DNA of 64,000 nt from an uncultured Gammaproteobacteria bacterium (GTDB lineage: Bacteria; Patescibacteriota; Microgenomatia; Levybacterales; GWA1-39-11), in the NCBI GenBank assembly GCA_964641355.1, contig CAZXND010000002.1, forward strand, positions 143,112 to 207,111, read 5' to 3'. This document shows, in pieces, positions 1-8,623 of this stretch. Positions within the stretch are counted from its first letter, which is position 1. The number at the start of each line of letters is the position of its first letter. The position numbers were made by a program, and so were the translations under genes. Below the pieces are notes generated by a model. The model searched no databases. It was given only the letters and a program-made list of their open reading frames with translations, and had not been told where the DNA came from.

Positions 1-197
1 ATAAGATTAACTCTTACAGTATCGTCTTCATATCCTTTTCTCTTTCTCGGTTTTGTTGCAAAAGCGATGAATATAGACTCTTTTAAAAATCTCATTGCGT
101 GAATCGTCTTGGGTGGAGAATAAACCATGTCTCCAGGATTTATGATTAGTTTTTTTTCTTTAGACAGCTTTGAGAGACTTTTATAGGTATACTCCAT
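1..197 (-). CDS. partial CDS (N-terminal part, continues past window start): small cupin-like sugar-nucleotide isomerase-like protein
   Basis: Reverse-strand translation from ATG at 197 reads MEYTYKSLSKLSKEKKLIINPGDMVYSPPKTIHAMRFLKESIFIAFATKP... and stays open to the window edge. Under 60 aa inside the window, so absent from the ORF track. The resemblance to WxcM/FdtA-type cupin domains in deoxysugar loci is from memory only. Confidence 0.3.
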   Translation of the reverse strand, partial: MEYTYKSLSKLSKEKKLIINPGDMVYSPPKTIHAMRFLKESIFIAFATKPRKRKGYEDDTVRVNL

Positions 198-354
198 TTT
201 TCCACTTACTAAGTATGAATAATGCGAGTCTTTTTTGTGATAATGATTTGCTCTGATCGAGCCTTTTTTACATGTGATAAACAGTACACTTGTAATCTTC
301 GTTTTTTCATCGATAAGAAGACTCATCTCACCTCTATCGTCAATAAAGAATGGT

Positions 355-1371
355 TTAATTTTTTTTATTACTTTCATTTTTTCCTATGTACCATTTTAAA
401 GTTCTAAGAAGACCCTCATCTAGCTTTATTCTAGGTTCAAAGTTGATCAATCTTTTGGCCTTTTTGTTATCACTATTTCTTCTAGGACTTCCGTCGGCCT
501 TTGTTTTGTCGAATTTTACATTTGGTCTGTGATTCAAAAAACCCGATCTCATTGAAATATCAATAATTTTCGTTACCAAGTCTTTAACTGAAATCTCCTC
601 GTCGGTACCTAAATTTATCCCATCTGGCCTTGAAAGTTTTTCTACTGCGTTGATCATTCCCTCGGCCATATCTTCTACGTATAAAAATGCTCTTGTTTGC
701 TTTCCGCTACCCCAAACGATTAAGGGATCTTCCGAGTCAAAAATTCTCTTTATTAGGGCTGGTATAACATGGGAGGTTTCTGGATTAAAATGATCGCGCG
801 GCCCGTAACAATTATATGGTCTGACAATCGCAACTTTCATACCAAATTCCTCAGCATAAAATTTTCCCAAAAGCTCAGCCATACGCTTTGCCCATCCATA
901 CCCGCTATTGGTAGGCTCTGGCTCATCTAAAAATCCTTCAGTTTCGGGAGTTGGAACGGAGCAATTTCTTGGATAGATACATGCAGATGAAACAATCAAA
1001 AATCTTTCAACTTTTGCTTTTCTTGCTGCCTCAATTACTAGAGTTTCTACAAGAAGGTTATCCCTCATCATAGTTGCTTGATGAATCTTATTATATTCAA
1101 TTCCACCTACTCGAGCTGCGAGATTCATAACAACACTCATACCACTACACGCTTTTTCTATAGTCTTAACATCTAAAGCATCTCCTTTAATAAAAGTGTA
1201 TTTACCTTTTACGCTTGAGAGATTGGAAATCTTTCCATTTTGCAAATTATCGAGTACCGTTACTAAAGCTCCCCTGTCTATCAGCTTTTCCACCACATGG
1301 CTCCCAATAAATCCAGCTCCTCCAGTAACAAGTACTTTTTTATTCTTCCAAAAACTTTTCATACTATGCAA
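355..1371 (-). CDS. fcl: GDP-L-fucose synthase family (GDP-4-keto-6-deoxymannose 3,5-epimerase/4-reductase; Fcl/ColC-type SDR)
   Basis: N-terminal GxxGxxG Rossmann motif (VLVTGGAGFIGSHV). Blocks SSACIYPR, EPTNSGYGWAK (YxxxK), YGPRDHFNPETSHVIPALIKRIF, IVWGSGKQTRAFLYVEDMA and KADGSPRR align closely with remembered E. coli Fcl blocks ([67 protein letters not shown]). Confidence 0.8.
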   Translation of the reverse strand: MHSMKSFWKNKKVLVTGGAGFIGSHVVEKLIDRGALVTVLDNLQNGKISNLSSVKGKYTFIKGDALDVKTIEKACSGMSVVMNLAARVGGIEYNKIHQATMMRDNLLVETLVIEAARKAKVERFLIVSSACIYPRNCSVPTPETEGFLDEPEPTNSGYGWAKRMAELLGKFYAEEFGMKVAIVRPYNCYGPRDHFNPETSHVIPALIKRIFDSEDPLIVWGSGKQTRAFLYVEDMAEGMINAVEKLSRPDGINLGTDEEISVKDLVTKIIDISMRSGFLNHRPNVKFDKTKADGSPRRNSDNKKAKRLINFEPRIKLDEGLLRTLKWYIGKNESNKKN

Positions 1372-2536
1372 AAACTTTTAAAATTTTTTTTATTTCCCCA
1401 TCTGTTAACTCAGGATTATTTCCAAAATATAAACCTTGATCATGAATTAATCTTGCATTTGAATTAAAATCATTATTTTTTTTAACATATTTTCTATAGA
1501 AAGGTTGGGAAGACATGTCACCTCCAACAATTGGCCTTATCTCTATTAGATCTCTACACTTTTCAACCAATTCATCTCTTATTGCTTTACTTCTACAAAC
1601 TACTGGGAAAGCGAAATTAGAAATAAAATCCATATGACTATATTTTATAGGATAATATAAATCAATTCTTTTGTATATATTTTTTGCTAATTTTAAAAAA
1701 TTTTTGTTTCTTTTTTTCAAAATTTCTCCTATATATTTCATCTGTGTATTTCCAATAAATCCATTTATTTCTGTTGTTCTCAAATTGTACCCTAAGTCAT
1801 AGAATGTGTATCTCGAGTAGAAAGTAGAATTTACATTATGAGCCAATCTAATCATTAACTGTCTTTTTTCTGTTAAATTCCTATCCCATCCATGGGCTCT
1901 AACAAGTTGTAACATAGTTTGAAGATCTTCATCGTCTGTGCACACCGCACCTCCTTCAATAGTCGAAAGATGATGACCAACGTAGAATGAAAATGTTGAA
2001 GCCAAACCAAAATTACCTAATTTATTTTTTTTATAAACGCTGCCTAAAGATTCACAATTATCTTCTATTAGAATTATATTTTTCTTGTTACAAATCTTCT
2101 TAATCTCATCTATATCGTCACAAAATCCTAATAGATTCGTGAGAAACAACACTTTTATAGGATTTTTATTAATTACATTTAATAATTTTTTACTTGAAAT
2201 GTTTAGAGTATCCATTTCAACATCAACAGGTATTACTTTTAATCCCAATTGGATAAGAGGCATTATGTTTGTCGACCAAGTAATCGCAGAAAATCCCACA
2301 GTATCTCCTCTTTTGATTCTGTTTAAGTTTAAAAGAGCCTGAATTATCGCAAGATTCGCAGAACTACCACTATTCATCATTACACAAAACTTTCTTTTTT
2401 GCCATTTAGAAAAATTATTTTCGAATTTTTTGCACTCCACACCGATGCTTAATTGTGAGGATTCTAATATAAATTTCGACAACTGTTTCTTTACCAATTT
2501 TTCTTTATAGAAAGTGGACTTAATAAGTTTTATCAT
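1364..2536 (-). CDS. DegT/DnrJ/EryC1/StrS-family PLP/PMP enzyme, ColD-like sugar 3-dehydratase candidate (His replaces the Schiff-base Lys)
   Basis: 390 aa. Fold-type I motifs (MMNSGSSANLAIIQAL; IEDNCESLG). In the FSFYVGHHLSTIEGG block the position normally holding the PLP lysine is His188 (counted in the ORF). This matches the His188 substitution known for GDP-4-keto-6-deoxymannose 3-dehydratase ColD; E1/DdhC has an analogous His. Confidence 0.65.
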   Translation of the reverse strand: MIKLIKSTFYKEKLVKKQLSKFILESSQLSIGVECKKFENNFSKWQKRKFCVMMNSGSSANLAIIQALLNLNRIKRGDTVGFSAITWSTNIMPLIQLGLKVIPVDVEMDTLNISSKKLLNVINKNPIKVLFLTNLLGFCDDIDEIKKICNKKNIILIEDNCESLGSVYKKNKLGNFGLASTFSFYVGHHLSTIEGGAVCTDDEDLQTMLQLVRAHGWDRNLTEKRQLMIRLAHNVNSTFYSRYTFYDLGYNLRTTEINGFIGNTQMKYIGEILKKRNKNFLKLAKNIYKRIDLYYPIKYSHMDFISNFAFPVVCRSKAIRDELVEKCRDLIEIRPIVGGDMSSQPFYRKYVKKNNDFNSNARLIHDQGLYFGNNPELTDGEIKKILKVFA

Positions 2537-2541
2537 GAAAA

Positions 2542-3483
2542 TTATTCACTAGTATATAAGAATTCAGAATACCAATCAATGGTTTTTTTCAGCCCTTCTT
2601 CTAAATTCACTTTTGGACTCCATCCTAATATTTTTTTTGCCTTTATCGAAGATACATATTGCAGCGGAATTTCTCCGCTTCTTCCATTTTTAATTTTTTT
2701 TACCACAAGCTTCTTACCACTAATTGATATTATTTTCTTTACCAATTTTTCCACGCTAATAATATTTCCACTACCAAAATTAAATATTTGGTTCTCATAA
2801 TTCCTCTTAACATTAAGAGATGCTAATAAAATGTATGCATCTATTGCATCATCGATAAAAAGATAATCTCTCATTATCTTACCTCCCCACATTTTTGGGT
2901 GACTATTTTTAAGAACGTGTTTAATTGTCTTTGGAATAAGTCTTTGAAAATTAAGATCACCCCCGCCATATATATTTACAAATCGAGGAATGAGAATTGG
3001 TATGTCAAAACTTTTTGCATAAGATTGAGCAATCAAATCGGTACATGCTTTAGAAGTTTCATAAGGTCTTGTTGGGAAAGGCATGTAGTCTTCCTTATAG
3101 GGAATTCTATTTTTTCCATAAACGTGGGCTGAAGATGCAATTATTATTTTTTCAAGTTTGTTAACTCTACCACTTTCAAGAATATTTAACGTTCCATTGG
3201 TATTAGTTTTAAATGTCTGAAATGGGTAATCCTGACCACTCTCAACAAGTGCTTCTGAGGCAAGATGAAAACAGATATTAATCTTATTTCTTTTAATAAA
3301 ATTATTAACTAACTCAAAGTTTTGTATATCTGCATTTAAAATTTTTTTACCATCACCGCTTGTTCGAGAAATCCCAAAAACTTCAACTCCGAAGGAAGAT
3401 AAACGACTATTTAATGATTTTCCAATAAATCCACTTATCCCCGTAATTAAAATCCTTTTATTTTTTAAATATTTATTATTCAC
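2542..3483 (-). CDS. NAD(P)-dependent sugar epimerase/dehydratase (extended SDR)
   Basis: ILITGISGFIGKSL Rossmann motif and YETSKACTD (YxxxK) catalytic motif. Lacks the Gmd NHESPRRG block, so not called as GDP-mannose 4,6-dehydratase. Confidence 0.7.
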   Translation of the reverse strand: MNNKYLKNKRILITGISGFIGKSLNSRLSSFGVEVFGISRTSGDGKKILNADIQNFELVNNFIKRNKINICFHLASEALVESGQDYPFQTFKTNTNGTLNILESGRVNKLEKIIIASSAHVYGKNRIPYKEDYMPFPTRPYETSKACTDLIAQSYAKSFDIPILIPRFVNIYGGGDLNFQRLIPKTIKHVLKNSHPKMWGGKIMRDYLFIDDAIDAYILLASLNVKRNYENQIFNFGSGNIISVEKLVKKIISISGKKLVVKKIKNGRSGEIPLQYVSSIKAKKILGWSPKVNLEEGLKKTIDWYSEFLYTSE

Positions 3484-4312
3484 TTCTTTTTAGAAATAGT
3501 CCCAATCCACCAGCAATGACTTCTGAAGATCTAAGAATAATAATTCCAACGGTAATATGTGGCCTTCTAACAAATATTTTCCAGTGTTTAAAATATGATT
3601 TTTTGATAGGAAAGAACTGCTTTGTTGCAATTCCCGGGTATCTTTTCAAATATTTTCTGAATGCCTTACTATAATAAAATTTTTTTCTTACACGTAAGAA
3701 AAAGCTTGTTTTTCCTTCATCATGATAAATTATGCTTTTAACTTTACCAATCTTTCCCATCTTAAGCATTTTATAATGGAAATCAGAGTCCTCAACTCCA
3801 ACAATACTCTTATCATATCCTCCGATTTTTAATGCATCCTTCTTTTTAAAAAATCTACAACATTCATTCATACCATTTTCTAATACGTCATTTACATATC
3901 TTTCTAGCGCAACGCACTTTGTCCAATAACCCTTTCCAATAGAAATTTCAGGTATTGTTAATGCAATAACTTTTTCTTTTTTATACACATTAAAACATTC
4001 TCTTATTACATTCTTTGTTAGATACATGTCTTGGTCAATTGTAAGAATAAATTTACCTCTCGCCTCTTCAATTCCTCTATTTCTTTGAATACTTCTCTCT
4101 GGACCATCAACTATATATTTTGCATATTTCTTAATTATTTTTTTACATTTTTCTCTATTAGCACCACTATAATAAGGACTGTCTACCACTATAATCTCAA
4201 GATTTTTGTATGTCTGCTTTTTTAGAGAAGACAAGCATCTACGAATAGTCCTACCTGAATCGTATGTAGGAATTATCACTGAAATTAAGGGAAACTTATT
4301 TTTTTTTAACAT
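3476..4312 (-). CDS. family 2 glycosyltransferase (GT-A)
   Basis: N-terminal ISVIIPTYDSGRTI and downstream DQDM (DxD-like) motif. Confidence 0.7.
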   Translation of the reverse strand: MLKKNKFPLISVIIPTYDSGRTIRRCLSSLKKQTYKNLEIIVVDSPYYSGANREKCKKIIKKYAKYIVDGPERSIQRNRGIEEARGKFILTIDQDMYLTKNVIRECFNVYKKEKVIALTIPEISIGKGYWTKCVALERYVNDVLENGMNECCRFFKKKDALKIGGYDKSIVGVEDSDFHYKMLKMGKIGKVKSIIYHDEGKTSFFLRVRKKFYYSKAFRKYLKRYPGIATKQFFPIKKSYFKHWKIFVRRPHITVGIIILRSSEVIAGGLGLFLKRSE

Positions 4313-5399
4313 TTTCTATCAACTCCAGGCTTTTTTTTGATGCATCTTTCCATGTCAAACTTTTTGCCCATTGGATCCCATTTTTTTGTAATTTTAAATA
4401 CTCTTTTTTATTTTTGAAAACCTTTAAACCGTATTTAGCCATATCAATTGGCGTATTTCTCTTTAAAACAATTCCTGTTTTTTTATCTAATACTGAATCC
4501 TTAAGCCCTGAAGCACCATAAACAATAGAAGGCGTTCCTTGACTTGCAGCCTCTATTACAACAAGCCCCCACCCTTCCCGAATTGAAGCATGAAGTAAAA
4601 GATGTGCTTTCTTCATTAATGCCAACTTTCTCCTCTCAGAGATTTTGCCAAAAAACTTTACCTTAGATTCAATTGAATAGTTACTAATAATTTTTTTTAG
4701 GTAATTAAAATATTTTTCGTCCCCGCTGCCAATAATCCATAAATTTCCCTCCTTAAGCTCTTTTAGTATATAAAAAAAAGATTTAATTACATCTTCGATC
4801 CCTTTCATCCTCACAACCCTACTAACAAATATAAAAGTTGCCACTTTTTCTTTCTTTGGGAGCGATTTTATCGTTTTATTCTGTGCCGGACAATAAATGG
4901 CTGTACAATTTTCTCTTTTAATGCCGAGTTTAATTAAATCCTTAATGGTTGACTCTGCATCTGTCCAAAAAATAGTATTCCTATAAAAAAGAAAGTATAC
5001 TCTTTCACTGATTTTCCCGATTAAATTCAGAGGAAAAGGGTACATATAGTCCCAAATATTACTAGCTACTTCATGAATAAAAGCTATCTTAGGAACTCGG
5101 ACATACAATGGTGTAAAGAATGGTATTCCATGAATCTCATCGATTACCACATCAAATTTTTTTCTGGATAAAAAATAATAAAATGGCGCAAAAAAATAAA
5201 CCAAAAAAGAATTACCCAACCTAACAAAATAGATACCTTTTTTTCTTTCTTTAAACAAAGAACCAGAAAATCTTGATGTAAACCATGTTACATCATGTCC
5301 CTTTTTAATCCAGGCTTTAGCATGCTCTAGAGTTACTATCTCGGCACCCCCAGACTTAGGATTATAAGGATCTCTCCAGTTTAAAATTAGAATATTCAC
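4296..5399 (-). CDS. family 4 glycosyltransferase (GT-B, retaining)
   Basis: C-terminal EGWGLVVIEAASQGTPSIV (E-x7-E motif), 367 aa. Confidence 0.7.
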   Translation of the reverse strand: MNILILNWRDPYNPKSGGAEIVTLEHAKAWIKKGHDVTWFTSRFSGSLFKERKKGIYFVRLGNSFLVYFFAPFYYFLSRKKFDVVIDEIHGIPFFTPLYVRVPKIAFIHEVASNIWDYMYPFPLNLIGKISERVYFLFYRNTIFWTDAESTIKDLIKLGIKRENCTAIYCPAQNKTIKSLPKKEKVATFIFVSRVVRMKGIEDVIKSFFYILKELKEGNLWIIGSGDEKYFNYLKKIISNYSIESKVKFFGKISERRKLALMKKAHLLLHASIREGWGLVVIEAASQGTPSIVYGASGLKDSVLDKKTGIVLKRNTPIDMAKYGLKVFKNKKEYLKLQKNGIQWAKSLTWKDASKKSLELIENVKKK

Positions 5400-6151
5400 T
5401 TTTTCTTTCTTTTTTTATCGTAATATCTTAAAAACTTTAATCTATAAAAAACGGCAGCTGTATCCCAAAGCATCCAAAAAACAATATTCCAAAAATTTTT
5501 GGAATTTATAGTATTCTCGCCTTTAAAATTTAATTTAACGGGAGCTTCAAAAATTCTTACATACCCAAGTTTATGCGCAACTGCCAAGACTTCGATATCG
5601 AATGCAAATCTCTTGACAACTATTTTTGAAAAAACTTTTTTGGCTACTTTATTTTTAAATATTTTAAGTCCAACTTGGGTGTCTTTAACTTTAAATCCAA
5701 AAAGAACATGTGTTAACTTCCGATAACCCCAAGATAAAATCTTTCTAATCAAAGGATAGGTGACTTTTGACTCAGGGTGCAGTTTACTACCGATTACAAT
5801 ATCAGCATCATTCCAATTCATGATATCAATCATTATAGATATTTCCGTAGGATCCAAATCCATTCCCGCGTCAATAAAGCCGATAATATCTCCTTTCGCC
5901 CTTATAATTCCCTGCCTAATAGCAAATCCCTTTCCTTTATTTTTTTTATATCCAAAAACTTTTATCGACTTGTCTTTTAAGGGTTTTATTTTTTCATAAG
6001 TTTTATCAAAAAATCCATCCACAACGACTAATATCTCGTATCTTTTGAACATTGATGATAAAATCTTATTCAAACTTCTTATATCTTTAACAATAGTCTT
6101 TTCTTGTTTATATGCGGGGACGATTAAAGAAAAAAAACTGGCTTTTTCCAT
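5396..6151 (-). CDS. GT2, DPM1/GtrB-like polyprenyl-phosphate sugar synthase candidate
   Basis: SLIVPAYKQEKTI...VVVDGFFDKT...KNKGKGFAIRQGI...FIDAGMDLDP...GSKL; FKxF and FDIE blocks typical of Dpm1-like enzymes. Confidence 0.6.
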   Translation of the reverse strand: MEKASFFSLIVPAYKQEKTIVKDIRSLNKILSSMFKRYEILVVVDGFFDKTYEKIKPLKDKSIKVFGYKKNKGKGFAIRQGIIRAKGDIIGFIDAGMDLDPTEISIMIDIMNWNDADIVIGSKLHPESKVTYPLIRKILSWGYRKLTHVLFGFKVKDTQVGLKIFKNKVAKKVFSKIVVKRFAFDIEVLAVAHKLGYVRIFEAPVKLNFKGENTINSKNFWNIVFWMLWDTAAVFYRLKFLRYYDKKRKKK

Positions 6152-6215
6152 TACATTGCGAGATTATTATTTGAAGATAATAACAAACAAGAAGACCTGA
6201 TGCAATAATTTATAA

Positions 6216-7535
6216 TTAATTCCTCGGATTGTTTACAACCCCTATTGCATTTTTTAACTTTTCAAAATTTAAGAACTCCTTTACATAAAAAATTAATAGT
6301 AAAAATAGGACACAAAGAGAGGAGAAAATTGATACCCCAATAACTTGGTAGAATGAATCGTGCAAATAAAAAATTAATACACATTGGGCTACGGCTCCAA
6401 ATGCCGTTATTAAAAATACAATCGTTTTTTTAAGTGAAAGAAAAAAATTTACAAAAACATTAAGCAGGCTAAACACACCAATAAATAATCCATATAGTCC
6501 TAGGTATGGAGCAACACTTACATACTCCTCCCCTCCTAAAAAGAAATTAATACTAAATAAAGGAAAAATACTAAAAAAAACAATAATGCAAAAAGATGGA
6601 AATGACACCAAAAGCATCGCTAAATAAAAAAGTCTATTAAAATTTTGTCCTAAATTATGTCTTTTTATTAACAAGGGAAACATTACAGAAGTAATAGGAC
6701 CGGTGAGATAAAAAATTGTTTTGCCTACTAAAGATAATCCTCCATATAACCCCGCTTCATATGAATTAAAAAAATGCTTAACCAAAACAACATCAGTAGA
6801 AACAAGAGAATTTAAAGCCAAAATAGAAATTGACGTTGGAAGCGCGTATCTTAAAACATCCCTCATTGGAAACCTAACATTCATTTTTCCTTTATGAGTA
6901 ATTAAAAATCTTAAAGGAAAGAAAGTAAACACAAAAGGAATTAATATTGATAGGAAGATCGCCCACAAAGCCCCAAAGACTTTTAACCCCAAAGTCACGA
7001 GTATTATTCCAAAAAGAACTTTAATTAAACCTCCTAGAGCAGAAGATAGGGATATAAATCTAAATCTTGTCAGACTTTGAAGGAAAGCAAAGTTTACGAT
7101 ACTAATATATCCAAAACTCACAATAAAACCAGTTATTAATATGTACCATTGATTCTCAAGATGTAAAAAGAGTTTCAAAAAAGGAGAAAAGATAACAAAA
7201 AATGTAAATAAAATGGCAAAGATTATTATAGAAAGTAACAAAACTTTTAAATAAAAAGCTTTGGCTTCGCTTAGCTTTTCTTGAGCAAAATAATCCGTAG
7301 CAAACCTCACTATAATGGTCGTTAAAGATTGAGAAGGAATTCCTAATAACACAAAAAGCGATAACAACGAAGCATATATTCCATACTCATGAGCGGAAAA
7401 ATTTCTAACAAGAAATAAATTCAAAAGAAAAGACAAAAAACTTGATGCAAAGAATCCAACAAAAATATAAGCACTTCCACTAATTAACTCGTTGTTCAAG
7501 ATCAGTCTTCCATAACTAATAATTTTATGCTTCAT
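6216..7535 (-). CDS. MOP-superfamily polysaccharide/oligosaccharide flippase (Wzx-like)
   Basis: 439-aa highly hydrophobic polytopic protein (about 12 predicted TM helices), located in a glycan gene cluster. Confidence 0.55.
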   Translation of the reverse strand: MKHKIISYGRLILNNELISGSAYIFVGFFASSFLSFLLNLFLVRNFSAHEYGIYASLLSLFVLLGIPSQSLTTIIVRFATDYFAQEKLSEAKAFYLKVLLLSIIIFAILFTFFVIFSPFLKLFLHLENQWYILITGFIVSFGYISIVNFAFLQSLTRFRFISLSSALGGLIKVLFGIILVTLGLKVFGALWAIFLSILIPFVFTFFPLRFLITHKGKMNVRFPMRDVLRYALPTSISILALNSLVSTDVVLVKHFFNSYEAGLYGGLSLVGKTIFYLTGPITSVMFPLLIKRHNLGQNFNRLFYLAMLLVSFPSFCIIVFFSIFPLFSINFFLGGEEYVSVAPYLGLYGLFIGVFSLLNVFVNFFLSLKKTIVFLITAFGAVAQCVLIFYLHDSFYQVIGVSIFSSLCVLFLLLIFYVKEFLNFEKLKNAIGVVNNPRN

Positions 7536-8583
7536 ATAATGATCTATAAATACTCATCATTTTATCAGCAGTACTAGCCCAAGAAAATTTCTTAGACACC
7601 CTAAATCCCTTTTCAATCAAAGAATTTCTTACATCGTTATTTTTTTCAAGTACTTGAATTGCTTTTTTTAAATCACCAACATCAATCGGATTAACATAGA
7701 ATGCCGCGTTTTGTGTAATTTCAGGAAGAGAACCTTCTTTAGAAGTAATCACGGGGCATCCAGATTGCATAGCCTCAAGAACCGGTAATCCAAAACCTTC
7801 ATAGAATGAAGGCATAATCAAAGCAGTCGCTAAATTGTAGATCAACGATAAATCCTCGTTTGACAAAAAACCTGTGAGGAAACAATTTTTACTAGTAGCC
7901 AGAGCGTCTTTAATTAATACCCTATCTCTATTCCATTTATTGCCTTTATCAAAATCGTTATCAACCAATGACTTTCCAACAAATACACAGTTAACGCCAG
8001 ATAATTTTACAGCCTCTGTGATATTTATTAAATTTTTATTCCAAGTAACATCACCTACATAAACAAAAAACTTTCTAGGAAGATTGTGCCTTTTAATAAA
8101 ATCAAATTTTACTTTGTCGGATATAATCTCTCTTTTAAATATTTTATCAGCTGCCAAATATACAACAGAAACTTTCTCCGGATTTACCCCTATTAAATTA
8201 ACAATGTCCTTTTTAGAACTATCCGAATCAGTTATTATCTTATCCATTTTTAACAATAAATTTTTTTGGAAAAACCATTTAGTTGATCCTGCCAACCCTG
8301 ATGGGAAATGGTCGGGATAAAGAATTGGAATTAGATCATGTACGGTTACAACAGTTTTAGCCTTTTTTTTCAAAGGTAAACTTAAAAAAAACGGCTCAAA
8401 AAATGGAATATGTATAGCATCAGGCTTAATTGTTAATTTACCTCCTTTAAATTCATAAAAGTGATCCTCAGGAAAATTCTCAAGTAAAGAATTAAACAAG
8501 TGACTATAGTAAAAACCACTCCCCCTCACCCCATGTTGGTCAAAACGTTTTTTACTTCTAGATGTATCAAAAACTATTTTCAT
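7525..8583 (-). CDS. family 4 glycosyltransferase (GT-B)
   Basis: EGFGLPVLEAMQSGCPVITS E-x7-E motif near the C-terminus. Confidence 0.7.
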   Translation of the reverse strand: MKIVFDTSRSKKRFDQHGVRGSGFYYSHLFNSLLENFPEDHFYEFKGGKLTIKPDAIHIPFFEPFFLSLPLKKKAKTVVTVHDLIPILYPDHFPSGLAGSTKWFFQKNLLLKMDKIITDSDSSKKDIVNLIGVNPEKVSVVYLAADKIFKREIISDKVKFDFIKRHNLPRKFFVYVGDVTWNKNLINITEAVKLSGVNCVFVGKSLVDNDFDKGNKWNRDRVLIKDALATSKNCFLTGFLSNEDLSLIYNLATALIMPSFYEGFGLPVLEAMQSGCPVITSKEGSLPEITQNAAFYVNPIDVGDLKKAIQVLEKNNDVRNSLIEKGFRVSKKFSWASTADKMMSIYRSLYEA

Positions 8584-8623
8584 ATTAGCTACTTAGAAAA
8601 GATGCCTATAAATCTTATCATAA

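Noticed and set aside
222-407. 61-aa plus-strand ORF at the left edge
   Set aside because: It overlaps the start of the minus-strand partial cupin gene and the 3' end of the Fcl-like gene. Low-complexity, Phe-rich shadow ORF in AT-rich DNA.
2542-3483. Calling the second SDR enzyme GDP-mannose 4,6-dehydratase (Gmd), to complete a colitose pathway
   Set aside because: The N-terminus resembles Gmd (ITGI[ST]GxxGxxL...GxEVxGIxR) but the diagnostic NHESPRRG block is absent (the protein has NIYGGGDLNFQRL instead). Left as a generic epimerase/dehydratase.
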